A stretch of DNA of 63,545 bases, filler included, from Octopus bimaculoides (GCF_001194135.2; 7 parts of 7 records of this genome joined end to end with filler, not necessarily neighbours in it); one strand, 5' to 3'; positions 1-14,288 are shown, counted from the whole stretch's first letter. Made by a program: numbers and translations. The notes: generated by a model not told the origin, from the letters alone.

Positions 1-118
1 ATATATATACATATATATATACATATATATATACATATATATATATACATATATATATATACATATATATATACATATATATATATATACATATATATAT
101 ACATATATATATATATAC

Positions 119-174
<56 letters not shown>

Positions 175-178
175 ATAT
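1..178. repeat. Compound (ATATATATAC)n/(TG)n microsatellite
   Basis: Read directly. It is representative of dozens of CA, TA, TACA, TAA, GTA/GCA, AAG and CT tracts in the window. Confidence 0.95.
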
Positions 179-2075
179 GATTTGGATTGAAATAATATAA
201 AAGATAATACGAAACTACCTACGAACATACAGAACACTATATAATTATTATACATTGGAATATTTATTTAATGTAGAATATTGTTGCGAGAAGAAATCTC
301 GTTTTCTCTCTTGTTTGACAGATTTTGTTAATGCCTTTAAGTAATGCTTTAATAATCTTTCAGTATATGCTCATATAATGAATGGACTCATGAAAATCGG
401 TGATAAAATATATTTGTCTCATAGAACCTAAAACATAGCTGATACTTCATTAAATTTCCATTAATTTATTTGTAAAATTATTCTATTAAAATAAAACAGA
501 TGGAAGAAAGCTATTACATAAGGTCGTGTCCAGTAGATGAGTGTATTATCTTCGTGAACCCGACGCCATCTGAAATTTTGAATATACATTGAGAACAGAT
601 TGTCAGAAGTTCCAAGCATTCACTTTCGGCCATTTGTTCAAAATATTAAGCAAAACAGAAGAATCAACACATCTTATTTCATTTTAACGCCGAATTTCAT
701 TGGTGATCCTCATTTTCTTTAGTGTCGTTTAATTCACTTTATTGTCGGCCATTTTAGATACCTTTTCTGAAAGATCACCCATGTTTTAATATCTTTACTA
801 TGTATGTAACATATTATTAATCAAATGCTCCTCTTAATAGTAATAAATATTCACCTATCACTGTTGTTCTGTCGTTAACACAGAACAAATGTTATCCAAC
901 GCACATTCGAATATTTTTCTTTCTGGTTGCTTATCGCTATTTTAGGGGAATGTAGTCAGTCAGACAACATGCGACCTGATTATACAAAGGCTCTGCTTTG
1001 ACATGTAATCATGCAGTAGTTCTTAGATATGAGTGACTAAGAATATCTCCGTTTATGGCTTGGTATTATATCCTTTTTGGGAGGGACCTTATACTAATAA
1101 TAAACAGTGTTTCTATTTCATTTCTTTTATTATCGTAAGTCACCTAGTTAATTATTTACCCTATTACCATATTAATCGATTGTTTGATCAATCGTTTCGT
1201 CACCTCATCAATGACATTCGCCCAGTTTACTCTAGCTCTGCTCCAGGCCTGTTTGCAAATTCCATATTTTATATTTATGGGGATGTGAATGACAATATAT
1301 GAGAGAGAGTGGGGATGCGTTCCTGTGTATGCCTACAGTGTGGATTCTGTGAAAGGTATGAATGCTTAGACGTTTATTTATTTATCAATTTATTCATCTG
1401 TTTATTCTATGGTTAGTATCTTTGTCTCTGCGAATGGAATGCGTGTGTGTGTAGGTGTACGTTGATGCGTGTGAGTGCGTGTATAGACATTCAAGACTAA
1501 TAACTATATTTATTTTCGGAACGGTGCGGATCATATTACAAGTTTTTTAATCTCTCTTCCTCTTTCATTCTAATAACTCAAAGGAATAATGAATTTATCT
1601 ATCAATGTGCTATACTTAACATATGCATGAGCAAAGCATATAATCACACACTTGACTGCACGCGCGCGCAAACATACACACATACACACACGAATCACAA
1701 AAATGTATGTTTACCAAGCCAATGTATATTTACTAAACTAACACACATGACGATGTATGTTTATTAACCTATAGGTCGATAATTTTTTCTTCTGGTGGTT
1801 GTGGTAGTGGGGCTAGTTTCCTTTATATATGCTGTGGTCCGCCGCAGTATCTGATTTACATTGTGTTTATCGACCAATTTGATGATATCAAGATGCAACT
1901 ACATGGTGGTCTGCAACTGTAATATACAGGATCGTACATATACGCGAATTTGTATACCACCTCGACCAATCTAATGCCAAGGTGCCTATTCTTGGTGGCA
2001 TGCATCAGCAATATAAAGGTATGCACATACATGTAAATTCATAAATGATACTATATAGTTTAATATTTTTGTAGT

Positions 2076-2170
<95 letters not shown>

Positions 2171-2270
2171 GGGGGGGCATTATATTTTATCCGTATTTTT
2201 TATTTTATTAAATGATAGTTTTTATTCACTTATCAGTGTAGATTCACGTATGTGTCGTCAAGTTACGTCA

Positions 2271-2291
2271 TAGGGTTAGGGTTAGGGTTAG
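2271..2291 (+). repeat. Short interstitial telomeric repeat (TTAGGG)~3
   Basis: TAGGGTTAGGGTTAGGGTTAG is read directly from the sequence. Confidence 0.7.
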
Positions 2292-2344
2292 AGATGATTT
2301 GTAGGTCTATGATATTCAACATGCCTTCATGTTTATCCTAAACA

Positions 2345-2990
2345 TGGTGTTAGAGTACCGACGCAGGTCTTCTATAGCCAGATTGGTTCAGAGAATGGAG
2401 GAGCGTAGGAAAGAATACAGTGATAAGAAACCTCCGACGGTATTCTTTCTGTTCCTTGCCATACTTCTGAAAAGGAGTGGTTGTCGGAGAATTTCTACAG
2501 TTTCACCAGCTCAAATTTCTAGTCTCCTTATTCCCCCGATTGTCATCCCATGGGTTGCTATGTGTGAGATATGGATGAGAAAGGCATCAACCGCTCTGCC
2601 CGCAAATCAAGGCCGACACGGTGGTCAAGATCAAAGAGGTATTCGAAGATCTTCCAAGGGTCACAATGAGGAAAGCATGCGCCAGTTTCCGGAGCCATCT
2701 TGAGTCCGTGGTAGAAGCTGAGGGCAGCCACTCTGAGCAAACTGTTATTTCCCAACCACCATTTAGTTGATATTTTTTGATTTTTTAAATTACTTTTATT
2801 TTTGGATGGGATAATGCGTTTTCTTTTCCTTTTCTGCAAACTGTCATGTTTAGTCCAAACACACCTTAAGAACTTACCACAACATATATTGAGAGAAACT
2901 GCCTCGAGTCTGGCTGAGAGAATAGCGGATCACTAGAAAGAATATAGTGATAGGAAACCTACGTCGGTACTACATCAGCATGCTAAGGAT
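2345..2990 (+). mobile_element. Two diverged GIY-YIG-like (Penelope endonuclease) remnants at about 2345-2440 and 2880-2990
   Basis: The segments are mutually similar (AGAAAGAATA.AGTGATA.GAAACCT.CG.CGGTA). They translate as RETASSLAERIADH.KEY and SIARLVQRMEERRKEY, like the GIY-YIG G.T...L..R..EH motif. Confidence 0.4.
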
Positions 2991-4339
2991 CACTAAAACA
3001 AACTTTTATTGTTCTTCTCACTACGTATATAACTTCGATTAACATTTCTTAAATTACTGCATCAAATATGCTAGTGTTACCGTTACTTTCTCTCTCTTTC
3101 TCCCCCTCTCGCTCTATATATATGTGTGTGTGCGTCTACACATGCACACACACACACACACACATATAATGTATGTATGCAAGTACGTATGTACGTATGG
3201 ATGGATGGATGGATGGATGGATGGATGGATGGATGGATGGATGGATGTGCGTATGTGTATGTATGTACGTACGTATGTATGTATACATGACTGTATGTAT
3301 ACCCGAAACCTACGTGACCACCAGGTGGTAGAGCCCTTCCCTCTCACGATTCCGCCCATCTCCACGTCCCGTTCCTCACCAAGACCACCTCCATCAAAGG
3401 ACCGAACTATGACAAAGTACACATCTTTAACTCTTTCATTCGCCCCTCCACCAACATCAGTTGCCTCACAATATAAGCGAAACGGGTCACCGTTTAGCGG
3501 ACTGACATACCGATCACTTTCGAGACATCTGTTTCCGGATACAAAACTTAGTTTCCCTTTATTTCCGCTTGTCGTACTCCACACAACACTCTACTATGTT
3601 TGACTTGGCTTTATAAACTTATCCGCAAAATCCAGACTTCGCAAAGAACTTCGATCCATCTCTTCTCTTAAGACTCATGTACCACCCGGTCTCAAATCAC
3701 CACCGATCTTCCTGTAACAACTACACGCCCACACACAGATACATACAATTACATACACATGCGCATCTAATGTAAGCTACATATACAGCCATACATACAT
3801 AGCCACGAACACATACACTTCTACGTACACGCGCACACAAACACACACACACGCTCACACACACATTGCCAGCCTCAGCCCAGCACACACACCGTCATAC
3901 ATTCGCACACATATACGTACATGCAGCACACACACACACGTATATAATTATATGCACACACTTACACACACTTACATACGGACACACCAACCAACTGCCA
4001 GGTTCAGGCCAAAGTTTCTCTCGCTCTCTCTTTGTCTTTCTCTTCCTCCCTTTTTAGTCTCATTCACTTTCTCTCTTTTCCAATGAATTTCTTCTTCTGC
4101 ATGCGTATATACATAACATAGATATTTATATTTATATTTATATTNNNNNNNNNNNNNNNNNNNNNNNNNNNNNNNNNNNNNNNNNNNNNNNNNNNNNNNN
4201 NNNNNNNNNNNNNNNNNNNNNNNNNNNNNNNNNNNNNNNNNNNNNNNNNNNNNNNGAATGCTTATAACATTGACTCACACGCAAAAATACAGAGATACAC
4301 TCACTTTTATATTAAAACCTACATGTGCTTTTAAATATA

Positions 4340-5603
4340 TCAGGTCATTAAGAATGAAATTTTCGAGTTTCATATGCACCAAGTTCGACAGTCGTTAACT
4401 CTAATGTTTTATCCTGACAATTCTTTGTTTTACAACATTGAAGAGTTACATCATCACTTTTCGAAATGCAATTCATGGTGTCTGATTATATTGTGAGTTT
4501 TTCTTGTAAATCAATTTTTGTGAACCCATGGATAGATCAAAAATTCGTGTTTATGAATATGAGTTCCGTCGTGGAATCAATGGATCCCAGACAACTCGAA
4601 ACACCATTGAGGTGTTTGGTGAAGTCGTGATGAATGAGCGCACTGTATGCCGATAGATTGAGAAGTTCCGGTCTGGTGACTTTACTCTTGACAATCAAAC
4701 CTGAGTCCAAGGTGGATAATGATGAGCTGGAAAATGTAGTGTAAGTGGATACATCTCAAACTATGCGTGAGTTAGCAGCAGGGTTTATGTTTCGATCCCA
4801 ACTGTATTGCACCATCTGATACAAATCGGCAAAGTAAAGAAGCTGGACAAGTGAGTACCCCACGAAATGAACGAGCATCAAATGACACGTCGTCTTGAAA
4901 CTTGCAGTTCTTTGCAGTCACGGCATAAAAGCGAACCATTTTTGCATCATATTGTTACGTGTGATGAAAAATGGATTCTTTTCAACAATAGCAAGCGTTT
5001 TTCACAGTGGTTGGATAAAGACGAAGTGCCAAAACACAATCCAAAAAAGAATCCAAAATAAGCTAATGGTGTCAGTTTGGTGGTCCAGCGCTAGTGTCAT
5101 CCACTACAGCTTCATTAGAACTGGTAAGTCAATTACAGCGGATGTATAAATCAACCAGTTGGATGAAATGATGAATGAACTTGCAATTAGATAACCGAGA
5201 TTGGTCAATAGAGACAGGCCAATTCTCTTTCAAGACAATGCTCCACCACATGTTGCACAAAGAACGCTACTCAAGTTACAGGAACTGAACTTGGAAGTAC
5301 TATGTCATCCATCCTATTCACCAGACTTTACACCAACTGACTATCACGTTTTCCAGGCGTTAGACAACATTTTACAAGGAAAAAACTTTAAATCTGAAGA
5401 AGATGCAAAAACAACCTTTCGTGATTACATCACCTTTTGCTTTCCAGAATTCTTCGCAACCGGCATAAATAAGCTACAGAGAAAATGGCAAAATTGTGTT
5501 GATAATCCAGATGCATACTTTGATTAACTGCATTGCATTTTGTTGAGATAAAGTAAAATAAACTTCCAGTTCAAAATCGGAGATTTCATTCTTAATGACT
5601 TGA
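4340..5603 (+). mobile_element. Full-length mariner (DD34D) transposon, 1264 bp, with a dead transposase
   Basis: TIRs are TCAGGTCATTAAGAATGAAAT and ATTTCATTCTTAATGACTTGA, with TA on both sides. Motifs IVTCDEKWI, KLMVSVWW, QDNAPPH and YSPDFTPTDY are split by frameshifts and stops. Confidence 0.95.
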
Positions 5604-5645
5604 TATTTTCGCATTGGTATAATCATATGTACATGCATGTGTTAA

Positions 5646-5701
<56 letters not shown>

Positions 5702-6187
5702 GTACACATACACACATGTACATAAACACAGACACGGCACAGTCACTGACACATACAATGCCAATCCCATTACCCTATCATTGTCCGTATAGAGAGGTAT
5801 GAGTAATGTGCGTGTGGGTATGTAGGCACCTACACACCTGTACTCACACTACTCATGCCTCCTATATTCTCACACACAATAACACACGCACACATACGCA
5901 CACACACGCACACACACACACAATGCGGCTAAACACATACACACATCTAACCTACACCACACTCTAATCACACAGACACTACTAATCTCACCAACCAATC
6001 ACTCTCTCTCACACACAAGCACACTGCCCGTACCTTCTATAATCATGCACACACGCACACTTACACATACAAGCACACTACATACATGTGTACTTTCATG
6101 CATACGCGCGTTCTCACACCTACACGTATTCATACACATACACATGCATGCCAACGGGTACTCTCTTGCCTTTAAAAACTACAATTA

Positions 6188-7448
6188 CGAGAGGTGTTCA
6201 TTAAAGATTTCCTCTGACCCACTTCCGGTTAGTGCAGGAAATGGAACTTGTACAAATATAATGATACATGTCTCTACATGTCACATTGTAAATTGCAGCT
6301 TTCCACTACTATTCATGTGTCTTTTACGGTTGCTGAAGTATACTACGGTGTTATAATGGAGTCAGTTGAACGCAGATCAGTGATCAGGTTCTTATACTTG
6401 AAAGGTCGTACACCAAAGAGACCTTCGATGAGATGAAAGAAGTTTATGGTGACGATGCACCGTCATACGACATAGTCAAGCACTGGCATCGCCAGTTCAA
6501 ATGTGGTCGGACATCGGTGGATGTCCGACATTGATGACGACACCACTCATAAAGTGGAAGCTGCCATTTTGGAGGATCGCCGCATTCAGCAACTAGCCCA
6601 AGTAGTGAAGATAAGTGTAGGGTCCGTAGAAAAAAATCCTTTACAACCATTTGCACACGCAGACGTTATCTGCACGATGTATTCCCCGGATGCTCACACC
6701 TTTTCAGAAGAAGGAACGAGTCAATTGCTCCCAGCCTTTTTTGGCAATGTGCCAAGAAAACGAAGAGGGCTTTTTCGGTAGATTTATCACACAGGATGAA
6801 GCATGAGTCCGTCATTATGATCATGAGACTAAGTCCAGTCGAAGTAATGGAAGCATGATAACTCATCACCTCCAATGAAGGTTCGTGTCCAACCCTCAGC
6901 AGGGAAGGTGATGCTCACAGGTTTTGGGGACCAGCGCGAGGTAGTGATGATGGTTTTTCTGGCAAATGGCACTACAGTTAACGGGGCATATTATGCTTCT
7001 CTGGTACAGAAATTGCGGGACGCCATCAAAGCAGAGAGTCGTGGCATGCTGACCAAAGGAGACCGCCTCCTCCAAGACAACGTTCCAGTTCACAATGCGC
7101 ACGTTGCCCAGATGAAATCACACTCCTGCGGTTATGAAATCTTTCCTCATCCCCTTTACACTCCCGACCTCGCACCATCTGACTTCCACCTCTTTCCAAC
7201 CATGAAGTCTTTTTTGAAGGGGAAGCACTTTCCAGATGATGATGAACTTATTTTCGAGTTAAAGTCATGGCTCCAGACGCAACCTACTGACTTCTACAGA
7301 CGAAGTCTTCACAGCTGTATAAAGCAATGGAAGAAGTGTGTCACCATTGGTGGTGGTTACGCAGAGAAGGGCTAATAATTATGCCAAGTTTTGTTTATCC
7401 CAGTCCTTGGGAAGTGGGTCAGGGGAAATCTTTAATGGACACCTCTCA
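6188..7448 (+). mobile_element. Full-length mariner (irritans-like) transposon, 1261 bp, disrupted
   Basis: About 39-bp TIRs (CGAGAGGTGTTCATTAAAGATTTCCTCTGACCCACTTCC and its complement) with TA flanks. Fragments read MESVERRSVIRFL, SAGKVMLT, LLQDNVPVH and YTPDLAPSDFHLF. Confidence 0.95.
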
Positions 7449-7597
7449 TATCTCTCACTTTTCCGGTTAGTCAGAAGTCAAACACGCTAAGTAACCAACG
7501 CGTGTTTTATTCCCTGCCCTCTTCTCTCTTTTCTTATCTCCTATTTTCCCTTTTATTCCTCTCTTTGTTGTCTCTCCCTGAATGTTTTCTCGTATCC

Positions 7598-7626
7598 GAC
7601 GGAGGACTACGTCCGAAACGTTATAT
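7598..7626 (+). ncRNA. Degenerate minimal hammerhead-like motif (probably inactive)
   Basis: CCGACGGA-GGAC-TAC-GTCC-GAAACGTT has a perfect stem II, GAAA and a palindromic ACGT stem III. The CUGANGA box carries a substitution and an insertion. Confidence 0.35.
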
Positions 7627-8418
7627 TTTGACGCTATAAATTTTACTCTTTCTCCTTCTTTGAACGTCAACCTAACAATTTTATTAATTGTGAACGTCCT
7701 TTCGATCTATCGCTTTTTGTATTTTATTTTCTTTATACATATACATTCAAGCGCACTTTCTCACGCACACACAGACACATGTATACACACAACACACACA
7801 AACTCATACACACGTGCGCGCGCGCACAGACACGCACATGCACACATATATATTGTATATATAAAACGCTAATACTATAAAACATCAATATCTGTGACAT
7901 ACTTGTTAACCTTTTCCTTGGTGGTTTAATCGATCAGGTGTCACTGCGTCAGCTAGTATAGGACTAGACACACAAACCACAAGAGAGCCTATTCTTTGGT
8001 GTTCGTTGCTAGACACATTGTATGATAACGGTGAACCTCAGCTGCAATATCAATCGTACTTGAGAAATGAATGGTCAGTAAAATAAATGTTGGGCGCTTG
8101 AGAATGATATATGTTGTTGATAGAAAAAGTGAACGATAGTTAAATGTGAAAGTAGAAGTACACATACACGCGCGAGCAAGTTACGGCCACCTCACGTTAC
8201 AGGATTCCGCGCTTACGGAGACTTGGATAAATTCTAAGAATTAAAAAACTGCACGCCCTTCTTAATCATAAAACCACTATTTGACGTATTATTTAAGATC
8301 AAAGCATACTTAACAATTTGAATAGTTATAATCACGATACATACATACATACATACATACATACATACATACATACATACATGCAAATATATGTGTATAT
8401 ATGTGTGTGTGTGTGAGT

Positions 8419-8551
<133 letters not shown>

Positions 8552-8574
8552 CAGCTTTATGCAGGCATAGCGTA

Positions 8575-9992
8575 GATTCGATGTTGGATGTTGACACAGT
8601 CATAAAAGAACTCGAACAGGAACAAACTTACAAGCACCTCGGAATAAATGACGGCTCTGGCATTGTTGACTTGCAATAAGATGCACCCCGCAAAGGCAGA
8701 CGAGATCGTCTTTACTTACCCAGAGCTCAAGGAGGTCGAGGCTTGATCCAATTTGCAATCTCCTACAAAACCACCACAATTGGACTGGCAAAATATCTTG
8801 AAACATCAAACGACTGGATGCTAAAGCTCGTTGAAAACCATGAAAGATGTGAGAAGCTTCATTCTGTTATGAATGAGAGCAAATACTTTTCGAGTAAGTT
8901 TATGCATATTACCCAGGTTGAATAACATGATGGAAGTGTAGCAACTTTTGTTGCAAAGGAGGTGAGATCAATAGCAAAGTAAAATGCGCTAGAACAATTG
9001 ACTGATAGGCGGGAACAAAAACATCTGCATGGCAAATATGTGGCCCGTAGCAAACAAGCTGATGTAGATCAGAAGCACGCCCATCAGAGGCTACGGAGCT
9101 CGGGGCTAAAGGCAGAGAGTGAAGGCTTTATCTTGGCTGCCCAAGATCAGAGCTTATTGACCCGGAACTATCAAGCCAATGTGATGAAAAATGGTGTAGA
9201 CCCAAAGTGCCGATACTGCAACGATGGGATAGAAACAGTCGACCACCTAATCTCTGGATGTAAGGTTTTAGCACCTGTAGAGTACAAATCAAAATATGAC
9301 AGAGCTGTCCAATATTTACACTGGATAATGTGTCAGCATTATAAAATCAAACTGCTGACAAATGATACAAGCACCACCCTGAGGCTGTAACTGAGGGATA
9401 AAATGTAACTATTCTTTGGGATTTCTCAATATGTACCGACCGGACCATCAAAGCAAATAAGCCAGATATTCTTGTGAAAGACCAAAACAATAAATTCTGT
9501 TTATTGATTGACAGAAGCATACCCTGTGACCATAGTATCTCGGCAAAAGAATTTGATAAGCTCAGAAAATATAAAGATTTGCTGATCGAAATCGAAATCG
9601 AAAAGATGTGGCATCTCAAGACTGTTACAAAGCCAGTGATTGTAGGAGCACTTAGAATTATCATAAAAGGAACTGAAAATTATTTAAGAATGATCCCTGG
9701 CTTACCATCCATGCAAGAAGTGCAAAAGATCATCTTAACTGGTACGTCACACGCATTGAGAAGAGCATTGTCGCTGTGAATTTTCTTTCCTTTTCCCCCT
9801 TTATTTTCTGTTTATTTTTTTTATTCTTTCCTTTTACTCTGTCTTTCTTCCCCCTTTTCTCTATCACATGACTTTATAAATGAGCAGTCTGGTGCGTTTA
9901 TTTTAATGGCCTACCAATGTATACAGTACGTTTCTCTGCTCTTGGTGTCAGGAAGACACTCGGCAAGACATGAAAACAAAATTGAAAGATGC
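8575..9992 (+). mobile_element. 5'-truncated R4/Dong-clade non-LTR retrotransposon (RLE type)
   Basis: Shows YKHLG, RLYLPRAQGGRGL, the CCHC knuckle CRYC...ETVDHLISGC and the RLE PDILVKD...LLID...K. It ends directly in (TAA)n, the known Dong target repeat. Confidence 0.9.
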
Positions 9993-10038
<46 letters not shown>

Positions 10039-10040
<2 letters not shown>

Positions 10041-10297
10041 TAAACGGTTGTGTCTATAATAATTGGCGCAGTGGAACTGTAAGCAAAGATATAGACAAAT
10101 GGTTGAAGGAGGTTGGAATAGAATGCCCCGTAGAGTTTGTACAGAAAGTTTGCATCTTAGAGACAGGAAAGATTATCAGGAGGATTCTAAGCACTTGAAA
10201 AACTATTGAAAGCTAGCAGATACCTAAGGTTACAGGTGATATTCCGCCACTCACATAAACCCTGCTGGGAATAAGACCGAACCTGAGTCAGATCAAT
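10039..10297 (+). mobile_element. Second Dong-like 3' fragment
   Basis: GTVSKDIDKWLKEVGI...VQKVCILETGKIIRRILST* is an RLE C-terminus. It is bounded by (TAA)n on the left and (CAA)n(TAA)n on the right. Confidence 0.75.
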
Positions 10298-12481
10298 AGC
10301 AACAACAACAACAATAATAATAGCTGTTCTGAAGCAATAACAGACAGTGGTTCTCTTGGCTTTTGATTTTAACCGATTGGCAGTGTTACTAAGTACATGC
10401 TTTGTCTTGGTGTAAAAGATGAGTCAAAGCAAATATTCTGCTCAATATAAGAAATTACTTGTCAGTTGCTTAATTTTAACCAGTTGAGCTTTAACCAGCT
10501 CAACTAGTTAAACTCTGACGATATGTGCATTTCTGATCATGAGCAGGAATAGTGGGGGAGTGGGATTCTTTGGGGTTTAAATAATTCACTTCTGGAAACA
10601 TGGTGTTTCGTTCATCATCCTTAAACAACCTTTATTCAGAGACCTTTTGAGCGGGTTGGGTTACTCGACCTGAAGAAAATTTAGACTGGGCCCCCACCTG
10701 TAAGGTCATAAGTTGTTTATCTTGATAAGAGGTCACCATGTCGCACGCATATGGTTGCGGTGCATATGCCTGGTGTACCCAAATCTCGATATTATAACCA
10801 CGTCTCACCATTTAAACACAGGAATAAAGAAAGCTCGACTTCATTAAGCAAGCTAATTTGACAGCTTAAAGATAAAAACAAAGTATAATATTAAATGGTC
10901 GATACGGGGCAGTGCACTATCTTACGATGTTGGGAAAACGAGAAGTGAACTTTGCTTAGAAGAATCATTGTTAATACTTACGTCAGAGTATAGCATCATA
11001 AATAAAAGACAAGAATTAGCGGTACGATGTAAATATATTTACAACAAAACCTTCGGATGATTTCTTCGATAATTAATCATGAGATAAAGTAGATATGACA
11101 TCCACAAATCCCCCTGGTTCAACAGATGAGGGATGATACATATTTAAATTAAATACTACTTGTCATTTTTGCTTAGTTCCTCCAATCACAGGTCACTTTT
11201 CATTTCTCTCAATTAATTTTCTTTTTTGTGACAAGTGAATACCCATCTTATATAATAATTCTGCTTGTCATTACGTTACTTAGCCCGTCGGTAACGCTTT
11301 CACATGATTAGAGAAAAAGAGGGAGAAAGAAAAGTGGGAGAGAAAAAAAGAGAGAAAGAAAAGCATCCATGATGTGAGGTAGAGGGAACGTTATTGTAAC
11401 GCTTTCAAGTGAATAGTTGAAGGTAAAGAGAGGAGAAAGAAGGAGAGAGAAAAAGAGGATAAGGGGAAGAGCGAAAGAGAAAGGACGGAGAGAGAAAAAG
11501 AGTGTCCATGACGTGTGGTGGGGGAACGTAATATTTATTACGTGGTTTAAAAAGTTTGTTGAACGCAGTGATATAGAGAAAGAGAGTTAGACATATAATT
11601 TTAGCAGAGGAGTAATGTTCTGATGCTGAGGTTAAAGAAAGGCAGAGAGAGAGGGAGAGGGAGAGGGAGCTCTAATTATTACTGATTATGAGCTCTAATT
11701 ATTACTGTTAAATGCCCTTTACTTATATGAATTCCCATTCTTAATTAGATAGATTTTGATACTTTACATCTAAAATAATTAGAAACTGCCTTCGGCTTGT
11801 ATATATCCAAACACCTTATATATCAAAAAACCTTGGGGAAGTGTTTGGATATATACGAGCTGTTAGGTGTCTAATTTCGAAGCTGCTGGGGTTCAAATTT
11901 CTATACCGGATGTTAATACTATTCACCCATCGCAAGAGAGAACATATCCAAACACTTTCCTTGGCATAGGGTCAAAATATAGTAGTGATCGCCAAAAGCC
12001 GGCCACTGACACTATATTTTTACAGTGCCACTATCTATCGCGGACACTAATACAACCAATACCAGTATAATCACCACCACTACAACACCCACCAACTCTT
12101 TAATGATCCACCACATAAATAGTATAAACAAGATAAGCAATACCATCTCAAATAAAGAAAGAAAGTAGTTACACGAGATAACATGATTCTCTAGTGTATT
12201 TTAAAAGATGATTGAAACAGTTTTGACTTTTAGTCAATGAAGTTTGATTTGAAACTAAACACCACCACCAACAGCAACAACAATATAATTAACAGGAACA
12301 AGATGGCCACCACAACAACAATGCCCCACCGTCACCGCCACTACTATTATCAAAACCAAAACCAATGCAACCAACACTGCCATAACTGCTCACCCACCAA
12401 ATTTTGAATAACCAACTGGCAGCAACTATTATAGTATCAGTATGACAGTAACGTCTGCAGCTAAATGTCAGAACACAACGA

Positions 12482-12579
<98 letters not shown>

Positions 12580-13189
12580 CGTGCGTGCCTATGTTTGTGA
12601 GTAGTGCTGAGTTTTTATGGCTCAAGTCAGTGTGCAAGAGCGACGTGCCTATAAACATGGTAATCCTTCGATTAACTCTAATCATACTGTATGTACTTCA
12701 TCTTATCTCATTCCATCACCCTTTCAACTTCTCATTTTCATTTTTACATCTACAGGAATATTACAATTATTTGCTCTCACAAAACAGTTTTTTCCAGTGC
12801 TGTTTTTTTACTACGTATTTGTTGTGAGTAGATGTTGATCTACGCTGCTGTTGAATTTATCTACAATTCAGGATGTGTGGAAAGTAGGAATCTAGTGGAA
12901 AGTAGGAATCTAGTGGAACTAAAGATAATAGCGTGTAAAGGAACTATAAATGAATTACATAGAATATTGATGTTTTAAAAAAGCAGGAGAAAAATAACCA
13001 CATTAAAGTGTGTAACATCTACAGTAGGAATAAAAGGTTACAACAGACAAAAATAAATTAAATGAAATATTCAAGGAGTTACTCCGTTAACCGCTAGGGT
13101 CATATTTTGTCATACAGATGTGATGTTTAAAATAGGACGGCTCTTGGAAGTATTGACCGAATGTCAGAGTCGACATAATGTGCCGATAT

Positions 13190-13500
13190 GCACGATGGTA
13201 ATATAGTAAAGAAAGGTCAAAGTTTTTATGACAATTTACAGAAAAGGGAAGGTGAAACTTTTTATGGAGAACCTTTTCTCGACAGTTAAGGCTAGTAAAA
13301 GATAGTTTGAAAGTTTTAAGAAGAGATTTAATTTACACGACATAGTGAAGCTGCCAGTGCTGATACAAAGTCTACCACTAATTATCCTGAGCATCCGAAA
13401 AAAAAAATGAGTGCTGGACGAAATTTCACACCAGAGCGAATATACCATGTTGGTGAAACTGCATGATTCTACAAGTTCATGCATATTAGAAGGTCTGTAA
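13190..13500 (+). mobile_element. pogo/Tigger-like transposase fragment
   Basis: Reads VKASKR*FESFKKRFNLH (CENP-B HTH, ASxGWFxxFKKR) followed by ASAD...YPE...TPERIYHVGETA (first catalytic motif, normally FNxDETG). Confidence 0.65.
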
Positions 13501-14089
13501 GTTTTAGCTCATAACAATTTTAACCGTGAACGTATCATAGGAAGTACAAGAGGTGTTTATAATGAATTCAGTTTCTTACACTGATCTGAGCAAAGGATGA
13601 TGCGCCATAAACATCTAAAAAAATTGTAGATGTTGATGATGAACTACAAGATTGATGACAGTATCCTTCACCGTCCCAAAAATATTCATTCCATCACTAC
13701 CACCACCAAGACCAACGCCACCACCAACAACACCACCACCACCACCTCTAACTACGTCAACATCCTTTGTGGCAAGAGCGTACTCTGTAGCAATATTACG
13801 GTTCATATTTATTTCCTTACATATTTCCCTTCAAATATTTTTTCTATGCGTATTGTACTGTGCAAATTGTTATTTTCATGCATAAAAGCGGTCCTGTTTC
13901 TTGTTTATTTCTTATTTTTTCTTCTTTCGAAAAACATCCGCCGGAATACATCATCAGTTTATAATATGAAGATCAATGGGAGAATTAATTTCGAGTCACG
14001 AGATTTGGTCACGCGTTATGATAAGAATTCCAGGAACTCATTACTCCGGTAATGCGGAGGATTCCTGTATTCAGAAATAAACGGAAGAA

Positions 14090-14228
14090 TGTATAATATA
14101 TATATATATAATGTATATATAGGTATATATATATGCGTGTGTGTGTGCATGTGCATGCATGTTAGTATGTATGTATGAACGTGTGTGCGTGTGTGTGTGT
14201 AAGCGTGCATGTGTGGCAAATGTGTTTT

Positions 14229-14288
<60 letters not shown>

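Noticed and set aside
3300-3720. C-rich segment with ORFs on both strands as a Penelope RT C-terminus
   Set aside because: The resemblance is vague and no diagnostic motif could be read.
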